This document shows, one piece after another, positions 54,501 to 64,000 of a stretch of DNA of 64,000 nt; positions within the stretch are counted from its first letter, which is position 1, and the number at the start of each line of letters is the position of its first letter. The notes under the pieces are model-generated. The model did no database searches and was not told the origin of the DNA. It saw only the letters and a program-made list of their open reading frames with translations. The translations under genes and the position numbers were made by a program. This DNA comes from Pocillopora damicornis (lineage: Eukaryota): positions 620,001 to 684,000 of the forward strand of contig NW_020847747.1 of assembly GCF_003704095.1 (NCBI RefSeq), in the 5' to 3' direction.

Positions 54501-57500
54501 AATATGTATGAATGACCAGATCAATGCATGGATAAATGCATGGATTGACTATTGCATTAACCTTACCTATGACCCTCTGGACACAAAATACAATATCGAG
54601 CACCAGTTGTGTTACTGTATGTTCCATTAGCACATTCTTCTGGTGCTTCCATTCCAACACTTGGACACTGGAAGCCAGCTGGACACTGTTTACAATCACT
54701 CAGACTTTCAGCATTTGAATAAGTTCCGTTTGTACATAGTACATATGTAGAAAGTCCTTTGGTTGGACATGAAGCTCTTTTGGGACAAGGTTGACATTCA
54801 GTGCTCCCTGTTGCAGCATACGAACCAGCTGAACATTCCACAGGAGCTGTTTTATTTGGGCAACTGAAATGGCCAGGTTTGGGAGTAATAATGAAGTTGT
54901 TCAAACACATGTATTTGTGAACTCAGCCAACAAGTGCCAGTAGTGCTTCACTGATGTAGTTAAAAAAGTATTAAAGTGACATGCTCCTAGATGAAGATGC
55001 TCTGTGCAAGCTGAAGTGTCTTTAAATAACTTGTATGAGGTTAGTTAACAGCTCAGGTGATGATATATTTTGAGGAAGAAAACAAGTGATAGTTAACTGA
55101 AGTTATAAAAACATCTGTGGTGCATTCCACAGCCTTTAAAGTGGTGCTTATTACAGATCTACATGAGAATTCCAACAAGCCACGATAACACTTTACCATT
55201 ACATGAAGGATGAGGTGCAGTTTTACAATGACTTTAATTAATTGTGCCTACAGCAGGTTCTCTAGAGCAATATTAGGATGCTGCAACAGTTATAAGATGC
55301 TGTGCTTTAACACACTAACATAATACGACACAAGTTGCATTTATAAGTTTCTAAACTACTTTGAGTATCATCACACTGTAATGATTAATTAATCAATTAT
55401 TATAACTAGTACGCTCCTACATTGTACAAATAAAATGAAACAAATTTTTCTAGTTCAAGTCATTTTCCGTGTTCCTGTTGAAAAGTAAGAGAGGATGCTA
55501 ATTTTCATTTGCACCTCATAACAGCTAAGAAGCCCTTCATTTGAACTAGCTCCACAGAAACTAAAAGAAGTAACCCCAACCTTCTTACCTGTATCCTGCT
55601 GGACAAATGGTACACTGAGTAGAGCCAGTGAGGCTAAAGGTTCCATTTTCACAAGGGACTGGCGAGACAGCAGGATTTAGGCACTTGAATCCTTCTGGAC
55701 ATTGGCTACATGTATCCTGTCCTTCTGAATCGGCATATGTTCCATTACGGCAAGGAACATGAGTGGATAGTTGAGCTGAAGGGCAATGTGATCCAGCTGG
55801 ACACTGAGAGCAAACAAGACTCCCACTTGGTGCATATGTCTTTGCCTCACATGGAATTGGGTCTGAGCCCTTTTTAGGACACCTGTGGCATGAACACATG
55901 AAAAAGCATATTGAAAATGAATGCTTACTTTAATGCACAAACATTATGCTGCATTCATCTATTCACAACTTTAGTGAAGAAAAACCAGTGCGGACCATGA
56001 GTTCGTATCCCTTAGCACTCTACAAAGGAGACCAAAATCTCAAACTTGATGGAAGCACATTGTTTTCTATGCATCAGTTATTGAAATACAAATGAAACCA
56101 ATACTTAGCAATGCGGACTCTGGTGTTTGTGAACCAACTGACCCTCTGCCCATGCCCCTTAAAATTTTAATGATGGCAGCTAACTATTTGATGTCTCTTT
56201 ACACATCATCAGAACATAGGGTAGCTAACTAGTGAGCACATAATAGGACCTCTTGTTGCAACGATTAGATCCCCCCTGATGAAGGCACTAGACAGGAGTG
56301 TTGAAATGTTTAAAATCTGCCATAGTCTACCTGAATCCTGCTGGACACATGGTACAGTTTGTAGCAGCACCTTTGCTGTAAGTTCCATTTTCACAGGGCA
56401 CTGGGGCTAGAGAAGGATTCTGACAAATGAATCCAGCTGGACATTCTAAACACTTGGTGAGTGATGTAACATTAGCATAAGACCCAGGACCACATGGAAC
56501 ATGTTTCTCTGAGGCATTAGCTGGACAGTGAGACCCCAAAGGACATTCCTGGCACTCAATGCTCCTCGATGGAGCAAAGGATCCTTGATAACATGGAATT
56601 GGGTCAGCTGAATTGTCTGTGCACCTTTAAAAGAAATGCATCAATCAAACTTTTGCTCCTGGTGCATATTCATCTACCAAATACTATTGTTAGGCATAGC
56701 CATCAAATTCATGTTTACCACCATTATTCACTTCTAATACACAATAGTAAATAAATGTAGAAAGCTTATTAAAACTTACCACCAAGGAGATCATTACACT
56801 GATAATGTATTTGCCAGAATATTGATCATGTAATGACTGATTTTCTCCTCCCCTCCCCCCCCCCTTCCCCCCCTCTTGCCTCAGCATGTGCATGCACACC
56901 CAAGCTTAACTCACACAAACAAACCCTGATAATAATGGAATTTCAAGGTGAAAGGGTATTTGACATCCACAAAGAAAGTACTACAATGAATTCCTTACTT
57001 GTGGCCACTTGGACACACTATACAGTGGGTAGCTCCAGCTTTACTGTAAGTTCCATTCTGGCATTCCACTGGTTCTTCAGCAGGATTTGGACATTTAAAA
57101 CCTGGCATACATTCTAAACAGCGTGTAGCATTCTTCACAACCGAATAAGACCCATTCGCACAAGGGAGATGATAAGGAAGCTTCTCGGATGGACAATGTG
57201 AACCAATAGGACAGGAATGACAAAAGATACTATGTGCTGGAGCAAAAGTACCATTTGTGCAAGGGATTGGATCATCTGAGTTCACAGGACATCTAGAAAA
57301 TAAAATTTAGGTAGGAATATTATTCATTCCTATCACAAAGGCTTTTCATTTGTACAGACCCAGAATGACATGGTACATGCATTTGTGATAATCAAATACT
57401 TACTGATGGCCTTCAGGGCAAATGGTACACTCTGTTGCCCCACCCTTACTATATGTCCCATTTGGACAATCCTCAGGTGGCTGAGCAGGATTTGAACATT

Positions 57501-60500
57501 TTTTACCAGCTGGACAGCTCTGACAAATACTTTGATTTACACTGTCTGTGAAAGTGCCATTAACACAAGGGAGATATACTGAAAGGCCTGATGATGGACA
57601 GTGAGATCCCACTGGACAGGACTGACAGTGTAAACTCCCTGATGGAGCATAATTACCAGCTGGACATTCAGATGGATCAGTACTTGGGTCAGCACAACTG
57701 CAATATCACATAAATTGGATAATTCAATAACTTATTAAATACAATGAATTATTGCACTTTGACTTTGGTGACTGGCTATACCTGAACCTTTACACACTAA
57801 ACTACGTATGCAAATTTTCCATGTAGTTCTCTATAAATTTCCTATAGTACTGCAGAGGAGACTGTCTAACAATCAAGGGCTTCTTGAGTTTTCCATCATA
57901 TCATTTATTTTTGTGACCTTTATATGTAATTAAGGGGTAATACTGTTGGATTACTGTTGATACTTCTGGGATAATGAGTAAAGCATTTACTTATCGATGA
58001 TGAAGCTTATTTGTTCAATACATAAAACTTTATTCATCAGAACAAAGCAGACATTGCACTTATTTCAACGATATGACATAACTTACCTGTGTCCACCTGG
58101 ACACTCTGTACAGACAGTTGAGCCATTCTTACTGTATGTTCCATTCTCACAAGGCTGCTCCCCTTGAGAAGCAAAGGGACAAAAATGTCCTGCTGTGCAC
58201 AACTGGCATTGTGTTTGCCCAACAGTGTCTGTGTAGGTACCATTGAAACAAGGCAAAGGACTTGCTAAGGAAACATTTGGACAATAAAATCCTTTATCAC
58301 ATTGTAAACAAGAAGTTTGCCCTGCAGCAGCATATTCTCCAGGATTACATCTAACTGGCACAACTGTTTGGTTGGAACATCTGTTAAAAAAAGCAATATA
58401 AGAGTTACACTTGCTCTCATTTAGCTTCTTTGTATATTAGAGTGGTAACTCTGAAATGGAAAACTTAAATTGCTGTCTGATATGTCTTCATAGATGTACA
58501 TGCAAGTAGGGGACACACACTGTTCACATTTAGGTGTATCCACATTAATGGACATCTATAAATGATATGTACTATCACTTTTGTCCAATTAAGGTTTGTT
58601 ACTTCATCCTTGAAAACATGGACTGATAATTCTCTCTGCTTGAAAAACAGCTATGAACTTGTACTCAAGATATTCTGTCTTACATTGAAGAAGAAGTGCT
58701 ATTCAATGTATTCCTAAATAATTTTGTAGTAATAACAAGACTCACTGATTTCCAGGTGGACAAACAGTACATTCTGCTGCTGCTCCAAGACTATAGCTTC
58801 CACTGGCACATGATTGACAAGATGTACCATTATATGAGAATGTTCCTGGCTCACAGACTGAGCAGTTTGATTGCAAAAGACTTGGTTCATAACCTCCAGG
58901 GCAATACTAAGAAAACAAAAAAAATCACCTAATTTTGCCTACTGATATTATTGTGTGGGAGACAGCACAAGATTTTATACATTCATGTTAACCATGAAAG
59001 TTGTTCCTTATTTTGGATAAGCACAGATGGCATGGAATACATGTCATGGTTAAAATATTACCTTAGATTTATATCTATCTGACAGCACAAGTTTAATTTT
59101 TTCTTTCTCTTTAGGGATTATTAATAATTATACCTTGAACAAAAGAAACTATCAATCAAACTGGTTTGTAAAATTCAACACCAGCTAAAAATTTAAACCA
59201 CAACATGTTCATTCCATAAAAACATATTTTTTTTTTTTAATTTCACTGCTTTTATTTGACTCTGTAAGTTGTACCTTTGGTCAATTGTATATCCAAGAAA
59301 TTAATCATTGACAATAACCTTACTTTGATTTATTAATAATTTAAATGAAATTTAGTCTGTACCTGAGGTTGCTGAGTAGGATCCAAGCACACTCTCCCAG
59401 TAGGACAAGAGTGACAGATTCCTTCTCCATAATTAGAATATGTTCCAACAGGACACAAAGTGATATTTCCAGCTAAAGTACAGTTGTAACCAGCAGGACA
59501 AGGTGTAGTGCATGCTACTGAACCTGCTGTGCTGTTTGTTCCCGATACACAAGCCTATTAAAGACAGCCACATCAGTTTTTCTCATTTCATTAACAAAAT
59601 TTTTTTTAAGGAGGAAGGAGATGAGAAAAGATATCAGTTAAATTGTTTGACAGTTTGCACTAAATTCTCAAGGCTAAAATTATATGAAATGTATGGCAAT
59701 CAGAGTAAAGAATTAACATGCTTTAGGACTGAAACAGTTAATGCTCGAAGCTTAGTTGTCTCTGTCTTCTCCTTCCTGCATTAATTCGATTCATTAGATG
59801 AAGACTACTTTACCATCACCACAGGTATTAATTTCTAATCAGTGACTAGGCCCACATTGAATATAGATGTGGCTGCAAAGTAACTTTAAGTTTGCACGAG
59901 GCTACCTGGTAAAGTCAAATTTCTATGCTGCATGCTTTGAAAAATGGTGAAAATAAAGTTAACAAATAAAGAAACTACAAGGTTGACTTTCCTATTCTAC
60001 TAAAAACCTGATATAATATTACAAAATCCCGATAAAAGAAAGCTGAATGTCTAAACGTACTTTAGCTAATCATCATTTTCTAGGTTCAGTTCATAATTTC
60101 CAACAGTTGGGGTTGCGATGAGAAATGTTTAGGATAAAAGCTTCGAGATGGAAAGAAACCTAAATGATCAAACTTACCGTACAATCGGATGAGTTTTTTG
60201 AACCGGTATTCGGATTTTCGGTTCCCGCTGGACAGGGCTCAGGGGCAGTACTGTTTCCCAGGCAGCTAAAATAAAGTTATAATATCATTAGCTTTAAAGA
60301 AACCTCTTATCCAATTGAGATAAAAACAATATATTCTGCAACCACTTTTAATATCAAAACAACGTGAGATGAAAGTATCCAAGTAAGTGTAACAGAAGGT
60401 TCAAGCCGATAGACAACCCCCAACAGTTAATATAAATTCTGTATGTATAATCTCGAGTCCTTTGGCAAAACATCTGGATCCTGGATATTCCTATGTATCG

Positions 60501-60875
60501 GTACAATAGTGAGTACAGGTCACGGGAAGATTTGTTACTTACAAGTGTCCAGCAGGACAGTCAACACAGTTACTACAGACCCAATATTGTCCAGCAGTAC
60601 AATTGCTTTGACTACAGGAACATTCTGTCCCACAATCACAAGCTGCTCGAGCTAGACCTAAGCAAGAGAACACAAAAGTTAAACATCCAAGATTTCTGTA
60701 AAGTCATTTCCTTAAACGCCACAATAGAAAAGCGCATCTGAAATGATAATGACATGTATGTGATTATGATCTTACCGGTGAAGCTCACAAAAATCAAGCC
60801 AAATATTACGATAAGATTCAACCGCAGTTTCCCGCTCTGAGATGTGTGACATTTTAGCATCGCTAAATTACTCAT
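5014..60875 (-). CDS. Giant type I membrane protein with Cys-rich GCC2/GCC3 (ephrin-receptor-like) repeats, about 87 exons, about 9,100 aa
   Basis: Manual splicing gives a continuous frame with GT-AG boundaries and matching phases. First exons: 60875-60776, 60657-60543, 60265-60178, 59554-59363, 58906-58746. Twelve symmetric exons follow (58380-49095), then many CPxGxYC exons including large ones (31945-30746, 25393-22430), the juxtamembrane exon 14256-13411, the TM exon 13122-12936, coiled-coil exons down to about 6966, exon 6727-5763 and last exon 5430-5014 (TAA). No in-frame stop was met. Confidence 0.85.
13027..13101 (-). other. Single transmembrane helix WAVIWGMIVFMLVCIIMLVIAVIIW
   Basis: 25 hydrophobic residues followed by RPK (positive-inside), consistent with type I topology given the N-terminal signal peptide. 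Confidence 0.9.
13819..13833 (-). other. Polybasic proprotein-convertase (furin-type) site RRRRR
   Basis: VVT-RRRRR-AVGD followed by a Thr-rich linker, about 140 aa N-terminal of the TM. Fits R-X-K/R-R. Confidence 0.65.
15295..15673 (-). mobile_element. tRNA-derived SINE (Nin-domain-like) in an intron
   Basis: Minus strand begins with a tRNA-like head (degenerate A box ...CTCATGTTGTAGAGC, B box GGTTCAAGCC), then CAACACTCAGGGTCTTAAAATAACTGAGGAG and a TCTTCTCGGA...GGACGAAGAACCG core like cnidarian Nin-SINEs (recalled). The 3' end is approximate. Confidence 0.7.
28333..28366. repeat. Perfect 12-bp inverted repeat with 10-nt loop (intronic hairpin)
   Basis: AAGTGTGACTTG (28333-28344) / CAAGTCACACTT (28355-28366). 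Confidence 0.7.
35964..36174. mobile_element. TTAA-flanked MITE (piggyBac-type ends), 203 bp
   Basis: TTAA|CCCTTTAAC...GTTAAAGGG|TTAA: terminal inverted repeats plus TTAA target duplication (35964-35967, 36171-36174). Confidence 0.85.
39410..40198 (+). mobile_element. Probable non-autonomous Crypton-like (tyrosine recombinase) element remnant
   Basis: Decayed coding fragment NTKRK...VALVMAFLTAENENGQLEDLPQADSSHVPERFLLWVRTK resembles the N-terminal core-binding region of Crypton/DUF3504-associated recombinases (recalled). The element ends in an imperfect palindrome of about 150 bp (40050-40198). Confidence 0.5.
40779..41000. mobile_element. Palindromic interspersed repeat with arms of about 55 bp (40779-40833 / 40885-40939) and a decayed minimal-hammerhead-like core
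   Basis: The arms are imperfect reverse complements. The loop on - reads ATGGCAAAGGACTAATGCTTGAAATGTCAG, compatible with CpG-decayed CTGACGAAGGGCTAACGCTCGAAACGTCAG. Confidence 0.55.
53479..53578. other. Assembly gap (100 N) of unknown true size
   Basis: Run of N inside the tandem exon array. Confidence 0.99.
53579..53650 (+). repeat. (GAT)n microsatellite, degenerating to GAC/AAT
   Basis: GATGATGATGAT... directly abutting the gap. Confidence 0.9.
55589..58380 (-). repeat. Five older paralogous 294-nt phase 2-2 exons (58380-58087, 57697-57404, 57292-56999, 56624-56331, 55882-55589)
   Basis: Identical length and Cys spacing, diverged sequence, and no obvious homology between their introns. 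Confidence 0.9.
57783..57946. mobile_element. Degenerate, truncated MITE related to TTAACCCTTT-ended elements
   Basis: Starts AACCTTTACACACTAAAC..GTATGCAAATTTTCCAT and resembles an abundant coral MITE family (recalled). No intact right end. Confidence 0.4.
60640..60875 (-). other. Signal peptide of the giant protein (split by intron 60775-60658)
   Basis: MSNLAMLKCHTSQSGKLRLNLIVIFGLIFVSFT/GLARA-ACDC: basic n-region, hydrophobic core and A-x-A cleavage motif. The start could be ATG 60875 or 60860. Confidence 0.8.
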
Positions 60876-61228
60876 ATTAATGCTTGTTCTGTTGAGTGTT
60901 TTAGGGAGACAGGAACCTCGATGAGCGGTAATATAAATCGGTCACAGAAGTTGCTGTCTGCAGAAATTCCAGCTGCACTCAGTTGAACGTTTGTAAAATG
61001 ACATGTTGAACTCGAAGCATTCGAACAGCGTTCTAAATAAAATAAGAAGTCACCAGACTTCCTCCAAACAATGCGCGGTATCAAACTTCAAAATTCGACG
61101 TTAATAGTGTACCGAAGTCCGAGTATCCGCGATTATGTTATGAAATGTTCCACCGTGATTAGAGAAAAATTCCACAATGTTTTGTCATGAAAATTTGGTT
61201 CTTGCGGAAGATCACGTTGATTACTCTC

Positions 61229-61319
61229 CGTGACGTCACGTCTAAGATGTTGTCATGGAAGCCATCAGTTTGTTTGTGACAAACTTTCCGCAAGTTTCGC
61301 TAGGCTACGTGAGGATTGG
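61229..61319. promoter_or_regulatory. Candidate proximal promoter of the giant gene: CRE, X-box-like site, CCAAT box
   Basis: CGTGACGTCACG palindrome (61229-61240), GTTGTCATGGAAGC (61249-61262) and ATTGG (61315-61319), in a CpG-rich stretch about 350-450 bp upstream of the ATG. Confidence 0.55.
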
Positions 61320-62050
61320 TGGAAAAAGAATAGGCATCGTAAAAGCTCGTTTAGATAATTAACTTTATTGTCTTAAGGACAAAGTAACCCCTAGAGAATT
61401 TTGATTGTTAAGAAACAAACTGCTGAGTTCGCGGTGACTTCGGAATTCTTGACCGATTAAATTTCTTTGCGACGCACTTTTACGCTCTCCAAATCACAAC
61501 ATCTACCTTATGAAGCTCATCGACTTTACTGGTAACCGTCTGTACGAAGGCACTGGAACCTGTTCAGTTTGTTTGTTAAGCTTTCAATTAAGTGTTAGAG
61601 ACCACTGTACTGTCAGCCCTGCTTGGAAATAGCTGATTTAACTAGCTGAAAATATTCTATACAAATTTAAAACAATTATTTTTTGTCTCACTATATCCTT
61701 TTATATTTATGATGAAAAGACATCTCATCCGGAGGATTTTCACCATAAGAAGATCTAGAGGAGGGCGAATCCTTTTCTTCTTTTCAAGGAGTTTTCCTTC
61801 TTTTATATCACAGAGGGTTTTTTTTTCCTGAACGAGAGGTTGGCATGAGCCCAGTTTCGCATTGCAGCGTAAATAAACTTCAGGAAAAAAAAATAGCAGT
61901 GTGTGACCGTATTAAGTGAAAAGTACAAGTGCAAAAAATTTCATTTTTTAACAAACACACGTACATATGTAGTGTGAGAAAATTGAAAGGATAACGCAAA
62001 AATCCTACTTAAGGGAGAAATAGAAGGGAAAACTGGTTACCAAAGAGTTT

Positions 62051-62064
62051 GTTGCCAAGGCAAC
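62051..62064. promoter_or_regulatory. RFX X-box GTTGCCAAGGCAAC
   Basis: Two perfect GTTGCC half sites with a 2-nt spacer (consensus GTTGCCATGGCAAC), just upstream of a putative non-coding first exon with a possible donor near 62134. Confidence 0.75.
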
Positions 62065-62594
62065 CACGATTTGACGCTGGAGAAGACAAATATGGCGACT
62101 TTCATTGTCGCACGAGATATAATTCCTTCGTAGGTTTATTATAGATTTCGGATTACAACACTTAATCAACTGAATGAACAGGGGTTTTGAAATCTCTAGA
62201 GGATGATGAGCTCACAAGATGCATGAAAAGAGGGGCAGTTTAACGTACTATCAATTTCGTATACCCCTCGATCCCGCGCAACAACTACCCAAGAGAAAAG
62301 GTATGGATCACAGCTTGACTGTTCGTGAAAATTTGCTTAATAAACTAGTAGGGAAACGGTTTGCTCTGGTTCTATTTCGCAAATGTCGCTCTTGAATATT
62401 TTTGCTTCTTGTATCTCGACACTTGATCTGCTGATCTGGATTTGCATGAGATACGAGATGTGAAACATCCGCATGGTTAAGAAACGGCTCAGATTGCAAT
62501 TGGTTAAGGTGCTTCATTTTAAACTCTAAATTGTACGCATATTAATCCTTTAAATAAACGTAAACATATATACATATATTTCAAGAGTGAAAAT

Positions 62595-63498
62595 ATGTTT
62601 TTCAAAAACTCTTGTCTCGGATCAGCTGAAAGATTCAAGAAGAGCAGCAGTTCCTGGAACACAGTTGATTCCAGGCCATGCAGTCAGCAAAGTCACAACT
62701 GTGTTTCCATAGAGCAAGATATTCACGACCGGAATTCACAGGTAAGACTCAGTTTGTAGTTCTGCTATCCCTAACAGACTGTTCATGAAATGGGAGAGAT
62801 CAATTAATATTGTTTGTATATCGAACAGCATATTTTGGTTGGATCTGCACTGAGACGACCCCATGCAAGTGAGTATTCTCCACTGGATTACCAAAGTATG
62901 CCAGATGTTGGAAAGTCTCCACGTCAGCCTTTTAGGCCTCAATCTTCATGTACAGTGTACAACTATGCTTCTCGTCCTGTCACTGCAAGGGAACAGTCAT
63001 CGCACCTTGGAAGACATACAAAGTCAAGGTAAATATCAACTCACTGTTATTAATGTGCAATGTTTCTAATGGGAGTCTTGCCTTTGGAACTCTACAAAAC
63101 CCTCTTTGTGTTGGATAAAGTTTACCAATAACTTCCCTTTAATAACTTGCGCATTGACATGAATTGTTCTGTTTTGGTTGGGTAATAATTTGGTACTTGG
63201 ATAGGGTTAGACTAGTATGGGGTTGTACGGAAATCTTTGCACTGGGTGTGATGCAGAAATATGACAAGAAATTGAAAGACTTAATGAACAATTGTAGGTA
63301 TTGTAAAGGAAAAAGCAGATTTTTTTTACATTTATTAGCAGTTTTACCTTAAAACCTGATGCACGTTTTCCTCATCTTCACTCAATTGCAATTTCAGCTT
63401 GCTGAGATGTCAGTCAGCCTCATCAGTTTCCATGAGTTCACATTTATCCCGCTCAAATTTTAAATCAGCAACAAACAAGAAACGTTTATGTGAAATTC
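62595..63498 (+). CDS. 5' exons of an unidentified protein (62595-62741, 62829-63028, 63398-63498); continues beyond the window
   Basis: ATG at 62595. Three exons join in frame through GT-AG introns (phase 0, phase 2, ending phase 1): MFFKNSCLGSAERFKKSSSSWNTVDSRPCSQ...RPQSSC...RPVTARE...RCQSASSVS...KRLCEI. Ser/Arg-rich, with no domain recognised. Confidence 0.65.
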
Positions 63499-64000
63499 GT
63501 AAGTTGACACATTTCTGTGAATATTAATCTCTATTAATATGAATCTAGACATCGATAACTGAGAGGCCTGGGTTCCTTTTCTTTAGATTGAGCAATTTGT
63601 TCAGCATATAAGTCATAAGACTTGGGTAGAGCCAATGGCTATTCACCACACTAATACGTTTTACTTGCAAAATTACTTAAGTAGTACCGCTTAGGTATCT
63701 GTACATGTGTTATTAGTAATCTAGCAAGCAAGCAAGCAACAAGTTTATTTCTAGCTTTAAGAAAGTTTTAGTTTCCCTCCCACCCACACCATTGAAAGTT
63801 TTGATTGTATCTTAACCTCATTCGTGTTTGTAGTTTATTCCTGATTACTGGACGGTTGGTTTAGTGTATTCATTCAATATGTCATAGTCTAGTGTGTTAT
63901 TTACGTAGGATATATACATTTAATAAACTGTCTGGTCCCAAAACAAGTGTCTGTCAGTTGTGGTGTTTAGTTGGTAAATACAGATGTTTATAGGGTTTAC

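Larger units (their letters stand above)
48450..54960 (-). repeat. Recent tandem duplication of an exon+intron unit: seven 297-nt exons (49391-49095, 50421-50125, 51502-51206, 52515-52219, 53466-53170, 54023-53727, 54863-54567)
   Basis: Near-identical exons (CPNKTAPVECSAG...CPSVGMEAPEECANGTYS...CILCPEGH), all with AG/GT sites and phase 2-2. Flanking introns are also visibly homologous, with a period of about 1.0-1.1 kb for the lower copies. Confidence 0.95.
14576..60657 (-). repeat. Cys-rich repeat ectodomain (CPxGxYCPxG...CxxGTY...CxxC), many N-glycosylation sequons
   Basis: Very numerous CPxG(H/Y/F)(Y/F)C units in all exons of this interval, with frequent NGT/NST/NVT sequons. Compact repeats 5' of about 41 kb, longer higher-order repeats 3' of it. 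Confidence 0.9.

Noticed and set aside
49095-54863. Regularly spaced direct repeats as a CRISPR-like array or satellite
   Set aside because: Units are about 300-nt coding exons plus homologous introns in a eukaryotic gene.
14576-60657. Possible UGA-for-Cys (selenocysteine), readthrough, frameshifts or non-canonical splice sites in the Cys-rich gene
   Set aside because: Every exon I traced joined with GT-AG and matching phase, with no in-frame stop, so there is no need to invoke recoding or pseudogenisation.
5033-60741. Numerous plus-strand and alternative-frame ORFs of 60-240 aa overlapping the giant gene
   Set aside because: They are antisense or off-frame shadows of repetitive Cys-rich and coiled-coil exons, with no splice logic or recognisable products.

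Overview
Eukaryotic, intron-rich animal genomic DNA. The interspersed repeats resemble ones I recall from stony corals (Pocillopora-like); that taxon call is inference. The window holds three protein-coding genes. (1) A 3-exon PRD-class Q50 homeobox gene on + (2396-4476) that looks like a SHOX/SHOX2 orthologue, with a conserved N-terminal peptide, a SHOX-type homeodomain, an OAR domain and an extra eh1 motif. (2) A single giant gene on - (60875 to 5014) that I could splice by hand through about 87 GT-AG exons with no frame break, giving about 27.4 kb of CDS and about 9,100 aa. It encodes a signal peptide, about 7,400 aa of ectodomain made mostly of GCC2/GCC3-type Cys-rich repeats, a furin-type RRRRR site, one TM helix, and about 1,650 aa of cytoplasmic tail with helical repeats and an HExxH-like (HCLAH) domain. 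It contains a young array of seven near-identical symmetric exons interrupted by an assembly gap. (3) The 5' exons of an unknown gene on +, head-to-head with the giant gene; the shared upstream region carries RFX X-box, CRE and CCAAT motifs, suggesting a ciliary gene pair. Introns hold a tRNA-derived SINE, TTAA-flanked MITEs, a Crypton-like remnant and a decayed hammerhead-like palindrome. Exon counts and lengths are manual estimates.
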